The position numbers and the translations under genes are program-made. Positions 60,926-64,000 of a DNA stretch of 64,000 bases are shown here, piece after piece (the stretch's first letter is position 1; each line of letters starts with the position of its first letter). The stretch covers positions 248,001-312,000 of the forward strand of contig NW_026940631.1 in the NCBI RefSeq assembly GCF_032062105.1, written 5' to 3'. The notes beneath the pieces were generated by a model. It ran no database searches and was not told where the DNA came from. It worked only from the letters and a program-made list of their open reading frames with translations. This stretch comes from Saccostrea cucullata (lineage: Eukaryota).

Positions 60926-63025
60926 TCATCTCTCACAAATCTCAGATCTATTGTCTACCTGCAATGTTGCAGCGATGCTGCGCGCAACTGATGCAGAAGC
61001 TGCACTGCGCATGTCCCAAACGTGATTACACTCCCTGAATGGAAAAAAGTAACAGTTATAGAGTGCATTCAAATTCGTCTTGAACGGGTATGTTTGATTA
61101 ATGTCCCGCACATCGAGTCCGGCCGCATGAATCCGATTCTCCCTCAGTGCGTTGTAGAGATCAGGGTAGTTTATTGTTTGACCTTTTGAGTAACTGTCCA
61201 ACAATATGGCATCTTTCTTCATTTTGCGGAAAACTTCCTTCTGAAAAAGGTGTGTTGAATTGGCCATGTCTTTACAGCATATACAAATAATGTCCGATTC
61301 AGTAACAAGTCGTTCGAAATTCACAAACTCGCCTACGGGCTCGGGATTCTCCGTAGGACAGAGGTCGCTGAAGAGTAGTTTCTCGACCCCCAGCTCGTGA
61401 AAGCGCTTGGCCACAGCCTGACCCACGGGACCGTATCCGACGATGCCCACTGTTTTGTCGCTGAGGTCGGAATAGTTTGGTTGGTCCTGGCCACCCATGG
61501 TTTGACTGAGAAGAGCTAGGGTGAGGCTAGCGACAGTGTCCTTGGACATCTTTGGAAAGGTTACAACTTTTATATTCCGTTTCTGACATTCGGCTGTATC
61601 AATGTGGTTGACGTCTTCACTCATTGTGGCTATCACACACAAATCGGGTCCTATAAAATTGAACAGAGATTAAATTTTGTAAGGCTCTTAATTTTAGGAT
61701 TTTTATGTCATTCCGTCGCACTTATACACTTAAAAGGATTTATAATAAAAATTGAAAGAGAGAGAATAAAATCACTCAATTTAGCATGATTTAAGTCAAA
61801 CGTACACTGCAGATATGTCTATGCATACTTATTTTAAAAAGATTTCGCAAGAGTCGATGATTGAACCTTTTAGCTATCAACTTTTTTGGCAGATCGATGT
61901 ACTGTATGACCAAGACATAAGTACATTGTAATCAATTATAAGTGGTAATGATCACATTTAGGTCATTTATTCAACTAAGGGTACTGTTCGTTTCCTGTGA
62001 AGTTCATCGTCCGGATGAACAGTGACTTTTCAGGTTGTATACATTTTGAACAGTGGAACGAACTCTGTTTAATATGACATGATCTAGTTATTTTTCACAA
62101 AGATAAAGAAAATCAATTTAAAGGCTATGAAAACTGGTAGCATTAACCCACTACTATTCATTTTCTTCATCATAGGATAGGGAAGTTGCATGTGAAGTGA
62201 TTTGTGTTCATGATGACAAAAATAGGCTAATCAGTATTATTTTCTAGAGTTCTTTACTATACTGTCATTATAAAAGGCAGTAATCAGTTCTGAAATCAAT
62301 TCATCACGGGTGAACGTGACTAGCCTGTTTATATACCCATCGAGTGGGTCGGAATGCTTCCCCATGGTCCAAAGTCCAAGTTAAAACATGTTTTTAAAAA
62401 TGTTGTTTACCTACTGACTAGACATATGCATTTCCCCCGTGAAATAGGCCAAGGGCACTGTATTGCTTTAACTATTGCAATAATTAATCATAATGACACG
62501 CATACAAATATTATACTGTATATTAGTATATAGGTATATCGAAAACATAATTTTTTTTTAATAATTAACATCGAGTACTATCAAATGAGGGTTTTTGAAA
62601 ATTTATACTCGAAGGACTAATAACCAATACAAATATTCAAGAAAGCGTTTTCTGACAACTGAGTTTCCCTTGATTAACGAGTTAAATCAGCTAAATATTT
62701 CATACCATTCAATCATTGATTATCTAATAAAGTTGTGATGTTTTTTTTATCAATTAAAATAAAGTTGCTATTTCTAGACAAGCACCCCTCCCCCATGAGA
62801 CTGTTGACAGCTCGTTTACTTACCAGCACAATTTATTACATCCTTGTCAATACGATCAGAGCTTGTACAGAGTAGGGCGTTCACGCCTCGCACTCCGTTT
62901 AAGAGCTCTCCCCTTGGAACCGGATCGGAACTCTCCCAGATGGTAATATCTGCCACTTTTAACAGTACATCCAGGCAACATTGGGGAACATCGGCTGTCA
63001 CGTAAATTTTAGACCGAGGCTTCAT
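60926..63025 (-). CDS. Divergent GRHPR-like protein, 308 aa, predicted catalytically inactive; exons 63025-62824, 61650-60926
   Basis: Intact spliced ORF with the same phase-1 intron position (CAG|PDL) as the GRHPR copy at 37 kb. Keeps GYGPVG, ESDIICICC and AAGLDV, but has YSKG, DVRDINQ and FFPFREC in place of TSRG, DVTDPEP and ILPHMGT. Confidence 0.85.
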
Positions 63026-64000
63026 ACTGCTTCGTTCCGTGTTGTTCTGTTGTTGTGTGAAGCCAGCTGGGGAAGATCTGTTTGTATTTATGTTTAGCTT
63101 CCTTGTGACGTCAGAGCGTTCTACTTGAGTACATTTTACTTATATCCGATTTGCTGTCGCATTTGTTTCGTATTCAAAAATAATAGCGCTCCGCTATCAA
63201 ATACATGGATTTGCATATTTAAATAGCTAGACAAGTGTATTAGTTCTCTAAGTGAGATTAATGTTCGTAATTATTCATAACGAAAAAATTAAATATAGCG
63301 TGCTTGGATGATGCAATGTCACTCTTGGAACACGGAATGGTATACCTTTGTCCACTCACGGGATGATGCAAGTTAATTTGGCATCGAGTGACCAAGTTTT
63401 TAAAATCAGACAATTCAAGTTTATAAAGTTACGTCCGCAAATGTAAATTATTATATACTTTTATATATTACTTTTTTCTTTTTCTTTTTTTTTTAATTCA
63501 ATTTTTGTTTATAAGGAAGTAAACTGCAATCCATTACCCTATAGTTCAGCAATAAGCACCAAGTGGAAACTTATACCAAAATTAAGGACCCAAACTACAA
63601 TCTTTAATTAACTTCTTTGAATGCTTTTAGAGCAATACAAGTAAACCCATGCGATTAGTCGAGACTAAAAATTGACGCGCCATTATTTTAAAAATGTTAC
63701 TTCAAATACTTTCTCCCTCTGTAATTATACTTTTAACTAATAAATCACTTGAGTGCTGTATATGTAGAGGATGAATGATTTTGTATCCTTTTGTTCAATT
63801 TGTTATCAAATTCCTGTAGATTTGCCTGTTCATTAATTATAGTACACATAGTACATTTGTAAAATGCATTGATTCAGCTGTAAACAGTAGTACCTGTACA
63901 TGATACATCTATTCCATCCGATGAGTAACTCATAAGGCGCCATCCTTGTTGTTTTACTAAGCATGAGTTATTAATACATGTAATTTAATTGTCTACGCCA

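Overview
AT-rich, intron-containing animal DNA. The repeat content (Cg170/HindIII-type ~166-bp satellite inside Helentron-like non-autonomous elements, Naiad-type Penelope fragments, V-domain SINEs) points to a bivalve, probably an oyster. I assembled seven host genes by hand from GT-AG splice sites. They are a DUF1647-like membrane protein (-), CNTD1 (+, 7 coding exons), MTHFR (-, 9 coding exons), a MYORG-type GH31 glycosidase (+), a canonical GRHPR-like dehydrogenase (-), an orphan class A GPCR (+), and a second GRHPR paralog (-) with an intact ORF but without the catalytic residues. Much of the remaining sequence is mobile DNA, often nested. The strongest novelty candidates are: (1) a Neptune-like Penelope retroelement at 55.1-60.6 kb whose ORF stops after the RT thumb with no C-terminal GIY-YIG endonuclease, and whose two pseudo-LTRs each hold a full type I hammerhead ribozyme with a predicted pseudoknot; (2) the GRHPR pseudoenzyme; (3) a young non-autonomous Gypsy LTR element in CNTD1 intron 1, whose 3' LTR carries an ATG|GTAAG in frame with CNTD1 exon 2 and which has a duplicated PPT/LTR start; (4) an intronic minisatellite built from copies of an exon end plus its splice donor; (5) a tRNA-Val-like Pol III unit carried inside a Helentron-like element; (6) Asp-less 2A-like peptides in two LINEs. 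All calls come from manual reading; no searches or folding programs were run.
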